Positions 54,955-64,000 of a stretch of 64,000 nt of DNA are shown in pieces; position 1 is the stretch's first letter, and each line of letters starts with the position of its first letter. The stretch covers positions 76,886-140,885 of the forward strand of contig JALNXY010000006.1 of assembly GCA_023230105.1 (NCBI GenBank), read 5' to 3'. Both the position numbers and the translations under genes were made by a program. Origin of the DNA: Verrucomicrobiota bacterium. GTDB lineage: Bacteria > Verrucomicrobiota > Verrucomicrobiia > Limisphaerales > UBA1412. The notes beneath the pieces are model-generated. The model saw only the letters and a program-made list of their open reading frames with translations. It did not search any database and was not told the DNA's origin.

Positions 54955-57636
54955 TCAGGGCTTTCTTATACAAAAGAAAGTGGAGCCACTTTGCGATGAG
55001 GAACTGACGATATACTCCGTAAAAGGGAACGTCCCCCGAACCGTTTGAAGCACACTCCATTCTTCTTCGGCAGAGGAGCGTTCAAGGATTTCATAAAGGC
55101 TATTATTTACACCAAGCCAGGAGAGTCTGATTTTCCCAGACTGTAATGGGTCAGCTGAAATGTTTAAATGGGCGGCTTCTCGGGCCATGTTATCTCCCAC
55201 TATTTGCCAGCGGGCGTTAGTGTAGCCGGAGGGAGAAACGACATCCATTGCCGAATATTGGAGACTATTAAAATGATCCAATTCCCAATCGTCAGACAAA
55301 CCGTCATTATCTGTATCGGTAACAGGAATACCCCGGATGTTAAGTTCTAAGCCTTTCAACACAGGTTGCGAGGCGTAGGCGCCGGTGGTAGGAGAGGGCA
55401 TATTGGATATTTCAACCCGCCATTTTCCCCGAGTTGGTTCATAGAAATGATGAGTGGAAAAGAACTCCCAGTCGATCTCCTCCATTGCCCCAAAATTATA
55501 GCGATGAAGAAGGCTGCGAGTGCCCGAGGGAGAAATTAAAGTAACTCTAAGTGTTCCGCTGTCCGGACTTTGAGCTTTGACCAAAAGAGAGACATCTTCA
55601 CAAATCAGGCTCTCCGCCACTTCAAACGAATAGACCAGCGGTGAGTGAATGAGTTGAGCTCCGAGGCTGGAATCGCCTTCTTGGAGCTGTTGAATAGTTT
55701 CAGCGCTGTTTTTTGAAATAAAAACGCCGGGGATGCGGCATCGATCCACCTGAGCCATGTTCGCTAATACCTCAGATTCTTCGTGGTTATAAATGATGGC
55801 AAAGGATGCGCCCGCATCAGCAGCGTAATCAATTTTTTGACGGAAAGTAGCCCCTCCTCGTTGTATTAAAGCGATCTTGCCTTCGAGATTCTCTTGAATG
55901 GGGCTCACAACAGTCCCGAGGTCTACGATATCTGTTAATGGCGTGGACTCATTGGCAAAGGGTGTGTCCGAGATGGTCATGGGAATTTGAATAGGAGTCG
56001 GAAGAGAATCGCCTGAAAGAGAGAGAATGTAGCCTTCTTCCGGGATGAGCAATCCTTTCCGAATGGCGGCTGTGTACTGCAAAGTGGATGTTTTGGGGAG
56101 TTGATTCCAATTTTGAGCCAGCGTGACGGCATAGCCGGCATGTGGTACTCCGTAGCCAACATTGTGGCTGAGCGGGAAACCGGCTCCGTTCACGAGAGTA
56201 TCCGGGTCTTCAAAATCCAGATATTGAGCTGACTGCAGGAGGATATGGCGGACGTCTCTGAGCGTCAGGTCCAGGTTTGCAGCAAGAATCAATGCACACA
56301 CACCCGAAACAAGAGGACTGGAAAAAGATGTGCCCTGAGCCATTTTTCCCGTGGCATAATTATTGAAATCTTCCATGGGTGGGAAGTAGTTTGCGTAGTT
56401 GTAGCCCCGCTCACTCGTGAAATCGGTCATGAAAAGGGGAAGATCGTCTTCTGCACTTCCACCTGGGGCCGCTACTAAAAGATTCGCACCGGGGCTGGAG
56501 TAGGAAGCATACCTGGCTTGCGAATCTACGGCCCCGACAACAACTGCATTCCAGTTGTTAAAAGGATCGTTGTTAGCATCACCGAAGTCAGGCCTTCCAT
56601 TGACATTAGCGCGCGCGTTACCCGAGGCACGCACCATAACGATTCCCAGCCCATCAACGGCATTGTGGGCGGCTGTTTCCAGAGCATCTTTTACAACAGG
56701 TGAGAGGGGGATCATTCGCTCTATTTCCCCCCAGCTCTGATTCTGAATACGGAATGCAGAAGGTTCCCTCAAATAGAGTTCGGCTAGTTCCAAATCAGTG
56801 ATGTCCCGTGTGGAGCCCAGCATCACCCAGCCGGCCAGAGCCGCTTGAGGTGCTACTCCCAAGCCTCCTATAGCATTGTATCCTGAGGCCGCCGCCAGCC
56901 CGGCTACACAGGTTCCATGGGCGTGTCCCAGCGTATAATCCATCGGCTCAGGCGAGCTTTTCTGGGTGAATACATTGTAATGAAGAGAGTGGTGCATTCT
57001 ATCTTCCAGGTCGGGATGAAGCTTTTCGATTCCCGTATCCATGATGGCGATGCCGACTCCTTCGCCTTGGGTTATAGCCCAGGCGGATCGGGCCCCCATA
57101 TCCCAGCCTGTGCGGATTCCGTTTCCATCCCGACGGTCCAGATGCCAACACCAGGACCAGTATTTATCATTGGGCAGATGCGCAAAGGAGGCATTTGAGG
57201 CGAGTTCAATTTCATACTCCGGTGCTGCGTAGAGCACAGAGTCCAAAGTTGAAAGTTCTGCTGCGAGCTCAGCGGCTTGGAGAACAGATTCTGTTTCCAA
57301 AAGAGTATAGCCACTAATTTTGAGAGGATGCACCTGCACATCGAAGTGCGAAAGAAGGGGCTTAATCAGTGAAAAATCAGTTTCCTTACCCAGCTCCAAT
57401 ACTACCCGATGGCCCATCACTCGAGTTTCCCCATTCCGAAGTTGTGCCGGGAATCTCTGGATATCTCCGGTTAAGCGGGAGAGAGGAAAATCAAAAACAA
57501 CCTCTTGAAGACCATCCATCTTCATTGTGTAGGTCCGAATATCCTGGCTCAGAGTTTGAGCCGGGATAAGGGCAAACAGGCAAAGGAAGAGAAGGCACCT
57601 TAAAGTGAGCCGGGAAAAGAAATGGTTTATCAACAT
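54955..57636 (-). CDS. Secreted subtilisin-family (S8) protease with PA-like insert, proprotein-convertase P-domain-like region and a C-terminal module
   Basis: Catalytic triad contexts DTGIEKLHPDL, HGTCVAGLAAA and GTSFSSPLVSGVCALI. P-domain-like TLRVTLISPSGTRSLL...GKWRVEISN. TDTDNDGLSDDWE calcium-binding-type repeat. Signal peptide present. Confidence 0.85.
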   Translation of the reverse strand: MLINHFFSRLTLRCLLFLCLFALIPAQTLSQDIRTYTMKMDGLQEVVFDFPLSRLTGDIQRFPAQLRNGETRVMGHRVVLELGKETDFSLIKPLLSHFDVQVHPLKISGYTLLETESVLQAAELAAELSTLDSVLYAAPEYEIELASNASFAHLPNDKYWSWCWHLDRRDGNGIRTGWDMGARSAWAITQGEGVGIAIMDTGIEKLHPDLEDRMHHSLHYNVFTQKSSPEPMDYTLGHAHGTCVAGLAAASGYNAIGGLGVAPQAALAGWVMLGSTRDITDLELAELYLREPSAFRIQNQSWGEIERMIPLSPVVKDALETAAHNAVDGLGIVMVRASGNARANVNGRPDFGDANNDPFNNWNAVVVGAVDSQARYASYSSPGANLLVAAPGGSAEDDLPLFMTDFTSERGYNYANYFPPMEDFNNYATGKMAQGTSFSSPLVSGVCALILAANLDLTLRDVRHILLQSAQYLDFEDPDTLVNGAGFPLSHNVGYGVPHAGYAVTLAQNWNQLPKTSTLQYTAAIRKGLLIPEEGYILSLSGDSLPTPIQIPMTISDTPFANESTPLTDIVDLGTVVSPIQENLEGKIALIQRGGATFRQKIDYAADAGASFAIIYNHEESEVLANMAQVDRCRIPGVFISKNSAETIQQLQEGDSSLGAQLIHSPLVYSFEVAESLICEDVSLLVKAQSPDSGTLRVTLISPSGTRSLLHRYNFGAMEEIDWEFFSTHHFYEPTRGKWRVEISNMPSPTTGAYASQPVLKGLELNIRGIPVTDTDNDGLSDDWELDHFNSLQYSAMDVVSPSGYTNARWQIVGDNMAREAAHLNISADPLQSGKIRLSWLGVNNSLYEILERSSAEEEWSVLQTVRGTFPFTEYIVSSSSQSGSTFFCIRKP

Positions 57637-57639
57637 TCT

Positions 57640-59964
57640 CTATTTCTTTAATATTAGAAAAGTTTTGGGTCCCGAACCAACCTCTCCCACCAGGTGAAAA
57701 GAATCTGTGTTTGTAGTCGGAATCTCTTTGCCATCGAGCTGAATCAGGTCGCCGGTTTCGCTGAAAGCCGGCAGCCACACTTCGGCAGTCACTCCGGCAG
57801 GGATATTCAAAGAGAGCATAAATTCGCTTCCCGGTACCTGATTGGCGCTGACATGGATCGTGCCGCGAATGGAGGGAACTTCAGCTTTGATCCAATCCAG
57901 GGAGGCGATCTGAGGCTTGATGCGGATTTTTTTGAAACCTGCTTCCAGAGGTTCAACGCCGACCAACTTGCGGGTGATGATATTGGCAGGAGCCGAGCCC
58001 CAGGCATGGTTCCAATCCAGATTGTTTTTATATTTATTATCCCAGGCTTCTAAAGTAATGGTGCTGCCGAGCTGAATCATATTGAACCAGCCGCGATCAT
58101 CCTTCGCCAGCAGGCGCTCCAGGGCATAGTCCGAATCATGAGCCTCATAAATAGCATCCATCAGAAATTGGGAACCATAGACGCTGCAGGCCATGCCGCG
58201 GGAGCGGATAAAGTCCATGACAGGGGCTTTGACCTCATCTGGAACCATGCCAAAGGCCATGGGAAACATGCTGGAGTGAAGCGCCGTGTGTTCTGTGCCG
58301 ATTCCATCCCGGTAAGCGCCGGATTCGGGCAGGAATAGATGCTTGTGGAAGCTTTCTTTGAGTTGAAGAGCGCGCTGGAAAAAGAACTTTGCGTCGTTAT
58401 TTTCACCCAGAATGTTTGCGATTTTTTCCATGAGTTTCAAAGCTTCATAGTGGTACGCATTCACGACGGAATTCACCTCTTTGAAAACAAAGAAATCGGA
58501 TTCTCCGGGTTTTTGATCCTGGCCGAAGCTGCCCCCCTGGGGCCAATCTACAATATCTCTCAGCTCCTTGCCGGTGTAGTAATGGACTGATTTGACGAGC
58601 TCAGGAGTCTGTTTCCCGGTTCGAGTGCTAATGAAAAGAGTCTCCTCGTCGGCCAGTGGCAAAAGAGTTTTCGCCTTTAAATCGGTATAAAAAAGACGTA
58701 GTGAGCGGGCATCTCCGGAGTAGAGATAATCATTCCAGGCTATCAGAACCGATTGGAGGATCCATTCTGTGGGCCAGGTGGCGTGGGTCATTAAGTATTC
58801 GTGGGATACCCGAGCCAGACTATATTCATTATCCACGGCATAGTGGGAGAGCTGGTTAATGAGTGCATCAGCCTCGTAAGGGATGCGTTCCCGGTCGCCA
58901 TCGACATAGACGCCGCAAAAACTGGTTGCTTTCATCGAATAGCGGCAGAGCTCCCATATCTGATTCAGAACATCGTTACTGCTTTCAAACTTCCCCATAT
59001 CTCCGAAGGGATAGTAGGCAGACTCTCTGATGATCGAAAGGGGAGAGCCGAGTAGAGCATTTTTCGATTCTATTTCACAGTAACGGAAAGGAAAGACCTC
59101 TCCGATATAATCAGGCATTTTGATGGCTTGAGGGCCTGTATTGCGTCCATCGGGGCGCAGCTTGAGGAAATAAGTACGTGTCCCTTTGAGCAAATTCAGT
59201 GTGTACTGCGCATATCGGATGGTTGCGCCCGGAGCCGTGTTGACACGTCCCTCTTTCAAGGCTTCCCCAAGGTGGATTAAAACGCTTTCCCCGTCGTTCT
59301 CTGCCGTTAAGGTCAGCCGCAGCGTACCGAAGGATGCTCTTTCAAAATCCACCACGTAAAGAGAGTTAGTTTCAGAGCTGAGGTTATGAATTACTGAGGG
59401 CAGTTCATCGACTTTTTGAACGGGGTAACGGGCCGCCTCATATTCGCTTGTAAGCTCGTCTCCCATTCGGAACGCCTTAGGTTCGGACCATTGGCTGGGG
59501 ATACCGTTATTCCAGGACCGTACCTGCCAATAATATACCTTGCTGGGCTGAAGTTCTTCGCCGGAATAAGTCAGTGAAAGTTCATTATCGTTTTCCTGCT
59601 TTCCGCTGTCCCAGAGATCGGGTTTATCCTCACTCAGCATTTTGGGAGAAGAGGCGACTCGAACCTGGCAGGCGGTTTGTAGTACATCACTTCGCGGGCT
59701 TCTCAGCTCCCAGGAGAAAAAAGGTTTTCTGCTTAAGATATTGGCAAACTGATAGGCGGAGGTTTTTGAGACTGCTTCGGGCAATGTAGTATTGATGAGA
59801 CGCCCGCCTTGCCAGACACGGTCTGTGTGCTCCAGCAAATCCACGCGTAATCCGACCGGAGCCAGCTCCAGCGTTGAGTGAGTCTCTGACTGGGCGTGCA
59901 ATTGATACTCCTGGAGAAGCAGCAGGCCGGCCAGCGGCAACATGAACAATAATCTTTTCAACAT
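57640..59964 (-). CDS. Secreted alpha-L-rhamnosidase (GH78-like)
   Basis: Signal peptide. N-terminal FFSWELRS...CQVRVASS...LWDSGK...YYWQVRSWN pattern and a six-hairpin region (WPTEWILQSVLIAWNDYLYSGD) typical of bacterial rhamnosidases. Confidence 0.7.
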   Translation of the reverse strand: MLKRLLFMLPLAGLLLLQEYQLHAQSETHSTLELAPVGLRVDLLEHTDRVWQGGRLINTTLPEAVSKTSAYQFANILSRKPFFSWELRSPRSDVLQTACQVRVASSPKMLSEDKPDLWDSGKQENDNELSLTYSGEELQPSKVYYWQVRSWNNGIPSQWSEPKAFRMGDELTSEYEAARYPVQKVDELPSVIHNLSSETNSLYVVDFERASFGTLRLTLTAENDGESVLIHLGEALKEGRVNTAPGATIRYAQYTLNLLKGTRTYFLKLRPDGRNTGPQAIKMPDYIGEVFPFRYCEIESKNALLGSPLSIIRESAYYPFGDMGKFESSNDVLNQIWELCRYSMKATSFCGVYVDGDRERIPYEADALINQLSHYAVDNEYSLARVSHEYLMTHATWPTEWILQSVLIAWNDYLYSGDARSLRLFYTDLKAKTLLPLADEETLFISTRTGKQTPELVKSVHYYTGKELRDIVDWPQGGSFGQDQKPGESDFFVFKEVNSVVNAYHYEALKLMEKIANILGENNDAKFFFQRALQLKESFHKHLFLPESGAYRDGIGTEHTALHSSMFPMAFGMVPDEVKAPVMDFIRSRGMACSVYGSQFLMDAIYEAHDSDYALERLLAKDDRGWFNMIQLGSTITLEAWDNKYKNNLDWNHAWGSAPANIITRKLVGVEPLEAGFKKIRIKPQIASLDWIKAEVPSIRGTIHVSANQVPGSEFMLSLNIPAGVTAEVWLPAFSETGDLIQLDGKEIPTTNTDSFHLVGEVGSGPKTFLILKK

Positions 59965-60000
59965 CGCAAGAGCTGATTCTAATGGAATGAGCCTTAATTC

Positions 60001-61698
60001 TCAACTTTGTTTCTTCCCACGCCGCAGGAATGAAAAAACGACCTCCCGAAGAAACCAAACAATACAGCACCAGGCGAATATATTTCCGGCTCTTCGGTAG
60101 AAGCTTTGGGGAGCATCAGAGAAGACTTCTCCCACCGGAATTTTGATAATCTGCCCACCTTTGCCGTAAGGATTGCCAGATTGATCATAAAAAATCTCGT
60201 GGACCCTTCCGGAACGGTCTATCCAACAGGTTATTCCGTTTTGGGTGCAGCGAATAGCAGGAAGAGCGTTTTCGATACTCCGGAACTGAGCGTTTGCCAG
60301 ATGCTGCCAGTGTGCGCTGGATTGTTTGAACCAGCCGGCATTGACCAGATAAACCAAAGCGCTGACAGTGCCTGAAGCGTGCTTTCGAACTTCTTCCGGG
60401 AAAACATCTTCAAAACAGATGAGCGGAGAGATGGGGTTGTGCTTGTTGGGCCAGGGGAAAGTTTTGGCCTCTTTGCCCGTGGAATAATTTCCGGTGATAG
60501 GGGTAAAATATTTCAAGAAAGGGAGGTATTCGTAGAGCGGTACATATTCACCAAAAATAACCAAGTGCCTCTTTGCATAACGTTCGATTAAATTGCCCTG
60601 GTCATCCATCATAAAGGCACAGTTCAGGAAATGCTTTTTTTCAGAGTTCTTCGGGTCGGGCTCAACATCGTCAGAACAAAAAATAATGGGACAGCGCAAG
60701 TCGATCGCCATCTTGCTGACCAGATTGGATATTTCCGAATCGTAGCGAATATAGCCGGGAAGGGCGGCTTCAGGCCAGACAAGAAGATCTATGTGGTTGG
60801 TCCCTATCATATCCCGCGTTGTTTGCAGAAGTTCAAAAAAACGGTTTTCGTTTTCTTGTGGGTCCCAAAGAAGTGTTTGTGGGATGCCCGGCTGAACCAG
60901 TGCAATGGAAAACGTCATTTGCGCCTGGTGTGTTGGCCTCTGACTTTTCTTTGAAATGGTATGTGAGCCCCAACCGATCAGCAGGCAGAGAATTAAGAGC
61001 CAAAAAGCTCCTTCTTTGAAGTATCGTGTTGAAAAGACACCCATGAACCGCTCACGCATATCCTCTTTTAGAGCGTGGTTGCTCTTGAGGGCAGAAATCC
61101 AGTCGTAGCCCCCTATTATCCAGGATATCGAGAAGGCTACCATGAGAAAGGAGATGCCATAGACGCTGGTCCAGGAAGCTAATTGGGCCAGCGGAATGTT
61201 ATCATGCTGTGATACTCCGAGCATATTCCAAGCAAAACCGCTGAAGAGCCATCCTCTCACCCATTCCAAAGTTACCCAGGCAGAAGCGGCAAAGAGAGAA
61301 AAGCGAAAGAGCTGCATTTTCCTCCCCATTTTGTGGAGCAGCCAACTCCAGAGCCCCATATAACAGGCCAGGTAAGCACTCAGAGAAAGCCACCCCATAA
61401 TGGCTCCGCTGGGGAAGGGCATAAGAAGCAGCCAGCGCAGAGTTAAGAGCCAAAAAGAGAATCCGGCAAGCCAACCCAATTTAAAAGCGCAGATGGGGCT
61501 ATTATGATTGGAATTCAGACCGGGTACAGGTTTGAAAAAATTATCTCCATGTATGAGGAGAAAGGCCAGGAGCCCCGGGGCAATCCATCCCAAACTGGCA
61601 ATCCCGGGAGAGGGAAAAGCCAATCCCAGTATAATCCCAACGACAATTGCTGCAAGCGCGAGGCCGGAGGGTATGAAAATCGCGGGATTAAGCTTCAT
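60001..61698 (-). CDS. lnt: Apolipoprotein N-acyltransferase
   Basis: Multi-TM N-terminal half and a CN-hydrolase domain with VWPEAALPGY, a conserved Lys region and ICFEDVFPE. ATG 61698 forms an ATGA overlap with the upstream permease stop. Confidence 0.85.
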   Translation of the reverse strand: MKLNPAIFIPSGLALAAIVVGIILGLAFPSPGIASLGWIAPGLLAFLLIHGDNFFKPVPGLNSNHNSPICAFKLGWLAGFSFWLLTLRWLLLMPFPSGAIMGWLSLSAYLACYMGLWSWLLHKMGRKMQLFRFSLFAASAWVTLEWVRGWLFSGFAWNMLGVSQHDNIPLAQLASWTSVYGISFLMVAFSISWIIGGYDWISALKSNHALKEDMRERFMGVFSTRYFKEGAFWLLILCLLIGWGSHTISKKSQRPTHQAQMTFSIALVQPGIPQTLLWDPQENENRFFELLQTTRDMIGTNHIDLLVWPEAALPGYIRYDSEISNLVSKMAIDLRCPIIFCSDDVEPDPKNSEKKHFLNCAFMMDDQGNLIERYAKRHLVIFGEYVPLYEYLPFLKYFTPITGNYSTGKEAKTFPWPNKHNPISPLICFEDVFPEEVRKHASGTVSALVYLVNAGWFKQSSAHWQHLANAQFRSIENALPAIRCTQNGITCWIDRSGRVHEIFYDQSGNPYGKGGQIIKIPVGEVFSDAPQSFYRRAGNIFAWCCIVWFLREVVFSFLRRGKKQS

Positions 61699-63446
61699 AT
61701 TCTGAAAATTTGACCCAGTTTTTTGCCCATGCATTTGGAGGCGATCCAGAGACTGATGATCAGGATAAGCATCCCCAATACCCCCAGCGCGCAAGTGTAG
61801 GAAGCCGCCTGGGGTTCTATGCGGGAAATAAGGTCCCACATGAGTTTGGTAATAGGGTAGAAAGGTTCACGAGTAGCGAGAATCAAGCTGTCGCTCACTT
61901 CCAGGACGGCAAAACAGAAGGTGAGTATAAATCCGCCGATAAGATGCCCGAGAATCAATGGGAGTGTGATCTTGCGCAAAGTTCGGATAGGAGAAGCTCC
62001 GAGTCCGGTGCTGGCCTCCTGCAGTGTGATACTCGCCTGTTGGAAACCTGCGCAGGCAGCCCGTACCATATAGGGCAAGCGTCGGACGCTATAGCTCACA
62101 ATAAGAAGGAGAACCGGATTCACCCGGGGGTTAAGCCAGGGAATATCCAAATCAAAGGCTGCCATATAACCGAAAGCCAGAACGAGCCCCGGTAAAGCCA
62201 AGGGCAGCATCGCCAACGTATCCAATAGCCACCCATATCTAGCCTTGGATCGAGTGATTACCCAAGCTATCCCGACACCGAAAATGACATCTATTATGCC
62301 GCTGACCGAGCTGTAATAGAGGCTGTTGCGGATGCTGCTTACGCTCAAAGGATGAGATGCCAGGAAGCTGTAATTTTCCAGAGTCCACCTCTCAGGCAGG
62401 GCGCTCATGAACCAGGGGCCGGCGAAGGATTGCAGAACCACCATGATGTTGGGAATTGCAGCCAGGAAGATAATGAGAGCAAAAAATGAATAGAAACAAG
62501 CCTTCTGTCTTTGGCTGGCTTGAATTTCAAAACTCCCGGTGTGACCACTTCTCGAGACCACTTCATAGCTTTTATTCATGAAGAGAGCTCTGGCAGCAAT
62601 GAAGAGCAGAGCGGTAACCAGCAGCGTGAAAATGACGAGTGTGAATCCAATAGGGTTTGTATTCATGTCGCTGATCCCGTCAAAAATTTGAACCGGGATG
62701 CAGCGGGTAAAATTAAACATCAGCGGTGTGCCCAAATCGGTCAAAGAGCCGATAAAAACGATAAAAGAACCTCCGAAAAGTCCCGGGATAATGAGCGGCA
62801 GCGTGATTGTGCGAAGAATCTTCCGGCTGGAAGCTCCCATATTTTGTGCTGCTTCGCGAAGTGAAGGATCCAGGGTGGACATGGAAGCTGAGAGATTCAG
62901 ATATAAAATGGGATAGAGATGCAGTGCCTGCAAAATCACGATACCGGCTACACCGCCCATTCCCAGCCAGTGTATGGGCTGGTCATAGCCCAGGATCCCA
63001 ACCTTCATCAAAAAACTGTTCAGAACCCCGTATTTGGAGAGTATTTGCTGTAGGCCGATGGCTCCGACAAAAGGGGGCATTACCATGGGTAAAAGCAGGA
63101 GCGCACTGACGAGAGATTTACCCGGGAAGAGGTAGCGGGTCATGATATGCGCCATTGGTAGGGCTAAGAGAAACGCGACTACCGTAGCGGCAAGAGCGAT
63201 CAGAAAACTATTGATACAAGCCTCACGGATGAGAGGACTTGAAAGAAGGATACTGAAATACTGTAAGGAAAAGCCATCGACGCCCGAGAAAGCGCCATTC
63301 AACATAATCCAGACGGGGTAAATGAGAAACAACCCCAAATAACCGAACATAACGGCCGTAACAAATGGGGCCAAAAAGCGTTCGGTGAGGGCCAAACCAG
63401 GGCGGGTTGCCCCGGCTTTTATCTTTTCTATAGGTCTATCGATCAA
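61695..63446 (-). CDS. Fused two-domain ABC transporter permease (iron(III)/FbpB-like type)
   Basis: Two permease halves, each with an EAA loop (LREAAQNMGASSRKILRTITLPL and LQEASTGLGASPIRTLRKITLPL). The substrate is not determinable. TTG start. Confidence 0.7.
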   Translation of the reverse strand: MIDRPIEKIKAGATRPGLALTERFLAPFVTAVMFGYLGLFLIYPVWIMLNGAFSGVDGFSLQYFSILLSSPLIREACINSFLIALAATVVAFLLALPMAHIMTRYLFPGKSLVSALLLLPMVMPPFVGAIGLQQILSKYGVLNSFLMKVGILGYDQPIHWLGMGGVAGIVILQALHLYPILYLNLSASMSTLDPSLREAAQNMGASSRKILRTITLPLIIPGLFGGSFIVFIGSLTDLGTPLMFNFTRCIPVQIFDGISDMNTNPIGFTLVIFTLLVTALLFIAARALFMNKSYEVVSRSGHTGSFEIQASQRQKACFYSFFALIIFLAAIPNIMVVLQSFAGPWFMSALPERWTLENYSFLASHPLSVSSIRNSLYYSSVSGIIDVIFGVGIAWVITRSKARYGWLLDTLAMLPLALPGLVLAFGYMAAFDLDIPWLNPRVNPVLLLIVSYSVRRLPYMVRAACAGFQQASITLQEASTGLGASPIRTLRKITLPLILGHLIGGFILTFCFAVLEVSDSLILATREPFYPITKLMWDLISRIEPQAASYTCALGVLGMLILIISLWIASKCMGKKLGQIFRI

Positions 63447-63927
63447 AGAATGGGTTCTTGGAGGAGATGCAAATAGGGATGCCTAACAAAACTTTATGAA
63501 GGTCGCCCAAAATCTTCAACTCCAGTGCAGCCATGGCGACTGAATACATCACTCTGCTATCTACCCTGGAATCGGCAGCAATACTGACCGCAGAACCCAC
63601 GGCGATTCCCAAATCAATCGTGTTAAAGGCACACGGTGCATTTGGAACCTTCATTTTTGACTTACAATCTTCAAAACCACAAAGGCCGCAATAAGGGAGC
63701 ATAGCTGGCAGCACAGATGTGCCTATCAGAAGCAAGGCTTGACTCTTTCGGATGCACTCCGCATCCCTCTCAAAAAAAGGGAGTGGAATTCTCTTGGAGA
63801 TTTCAGCCATCTTATCTGCGATTTTATTAAGATCGTCGCCACTCACAATCACGATCTTCAAGGTGTCGCGGCCCTTCGTCTTTGGAGCAGTGCGGGCGGC
63901 TGTGGCCATCTTTTCTGCAATCTCCAA
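63436..63927 (-). CDS. DUF2148-like Cys-rich (ferredoxin-domain) protein
   Basis: MATAARTAPKTKGRDTLKIVIV... and YCGLCGFEDC resemble the DUF2148 family as I recall it. The start is uncertain (TTG 63927 or ATG 63909; no upstream in-frame ATG before the stop at 63988-63990). Confidence 0.45.
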   Translation of the reverse strand: MEIAEKMATAARTAPKTKGRDTLKIVIVSGDDLNKIADKMAEISKRIPLPFFERDAECIRKSQALLLIGTSVLPAMLPYCGLCGFEDCKSKMKVPNAPCAFNTIDLGIAVGSAVSIAADSRVDSRVMYSVAMAALELKILGDLHKVLLGIPICISSKNPFFDR

Positions 63928-64000
63928 AGCAGTTTTTTGCGAATGCTTTCTTCTGTTTGAATCATATCCGGATATCCTGTCTTGTTGTCAGAGAAGGGAT

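Noticed and set aside
54700-54960. tRNA-Leu as the attachment site of an integrated element
   Set aside because: No integrase, recombinase or phage-like genes are in the window, and I could not find a duplicated copy of the tRNA 3' end. The flanking genes look like ordinary chromosomal accessory metabolism.

Overview
64-kb chromosomal window, roughly 50% GC by eye. I saw no rRNA, CRISPR array, transposase or integrase. The core (12.1-33.1 kb, + strand) is a complete, collinear division/cell-wall (dcw) cluster: mraZ, orphan ORF, rsmH, ftsL-like, ftsI, murE, murF, mraY, murD, LysM membrane protein, ftsW, murG, murC, murB, ddl, ftsQ, ftsA, a divergent ftsZ, yqgE. Many junctions are ATGA-type overlaps. 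Upstream lie the priA 3' end, a ZIP metal permease, glnS, a GH127-like glycosidase, tatA-tatC-hisD and a Tat-signal lipoprotein. Downstream is a minus-strand block of secreted or membrane TPR, coiled-coil and helical-repeat proteins, plus coaX and a small ferredoxin. Next come a Tat-signal Gfo/Idh/MocA oxidoreductase and an 8.76-kb gene for a 2919-aa secreted multi-lectin protein. The window ends with an esterase, a lipoprotein, tRNA-Leu(UAG), a kexin-like S8 protease, a GH78 rhamnosidase, lnt, a fused ABC permease and a DUF2148-like protein. The gene content suggests a PVC-group (Verrucomicrobiota/Lentisphaerota-like) polysaccharide degrader, but this is inference only. Most worth a second look: (1) the ftsZ product has a degenerate tubulin signature and lacks key T7-loop residues, yet keeps an FtsA-binding-like C-terminal peptide. 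(2) A three-member paralog family of N-terminally anchored coiled-coil/helical-repeat proteins has one copy divergent from mraZ and two in tandem at 36.7-39.5 kb. (3) A helically phased array of AAGTGT-type direct repeats overlaps a near-consensus mraZ promoter. (4) Two non-canonical genes sit inside the dcw cluster: an orphan ORF and an FtsN-like LysM protein. (5) The giant modular lectin shares a C-terminal module with the S8 protease. All calls come from reading the sequence and the ORF track by eye; no searches were run.
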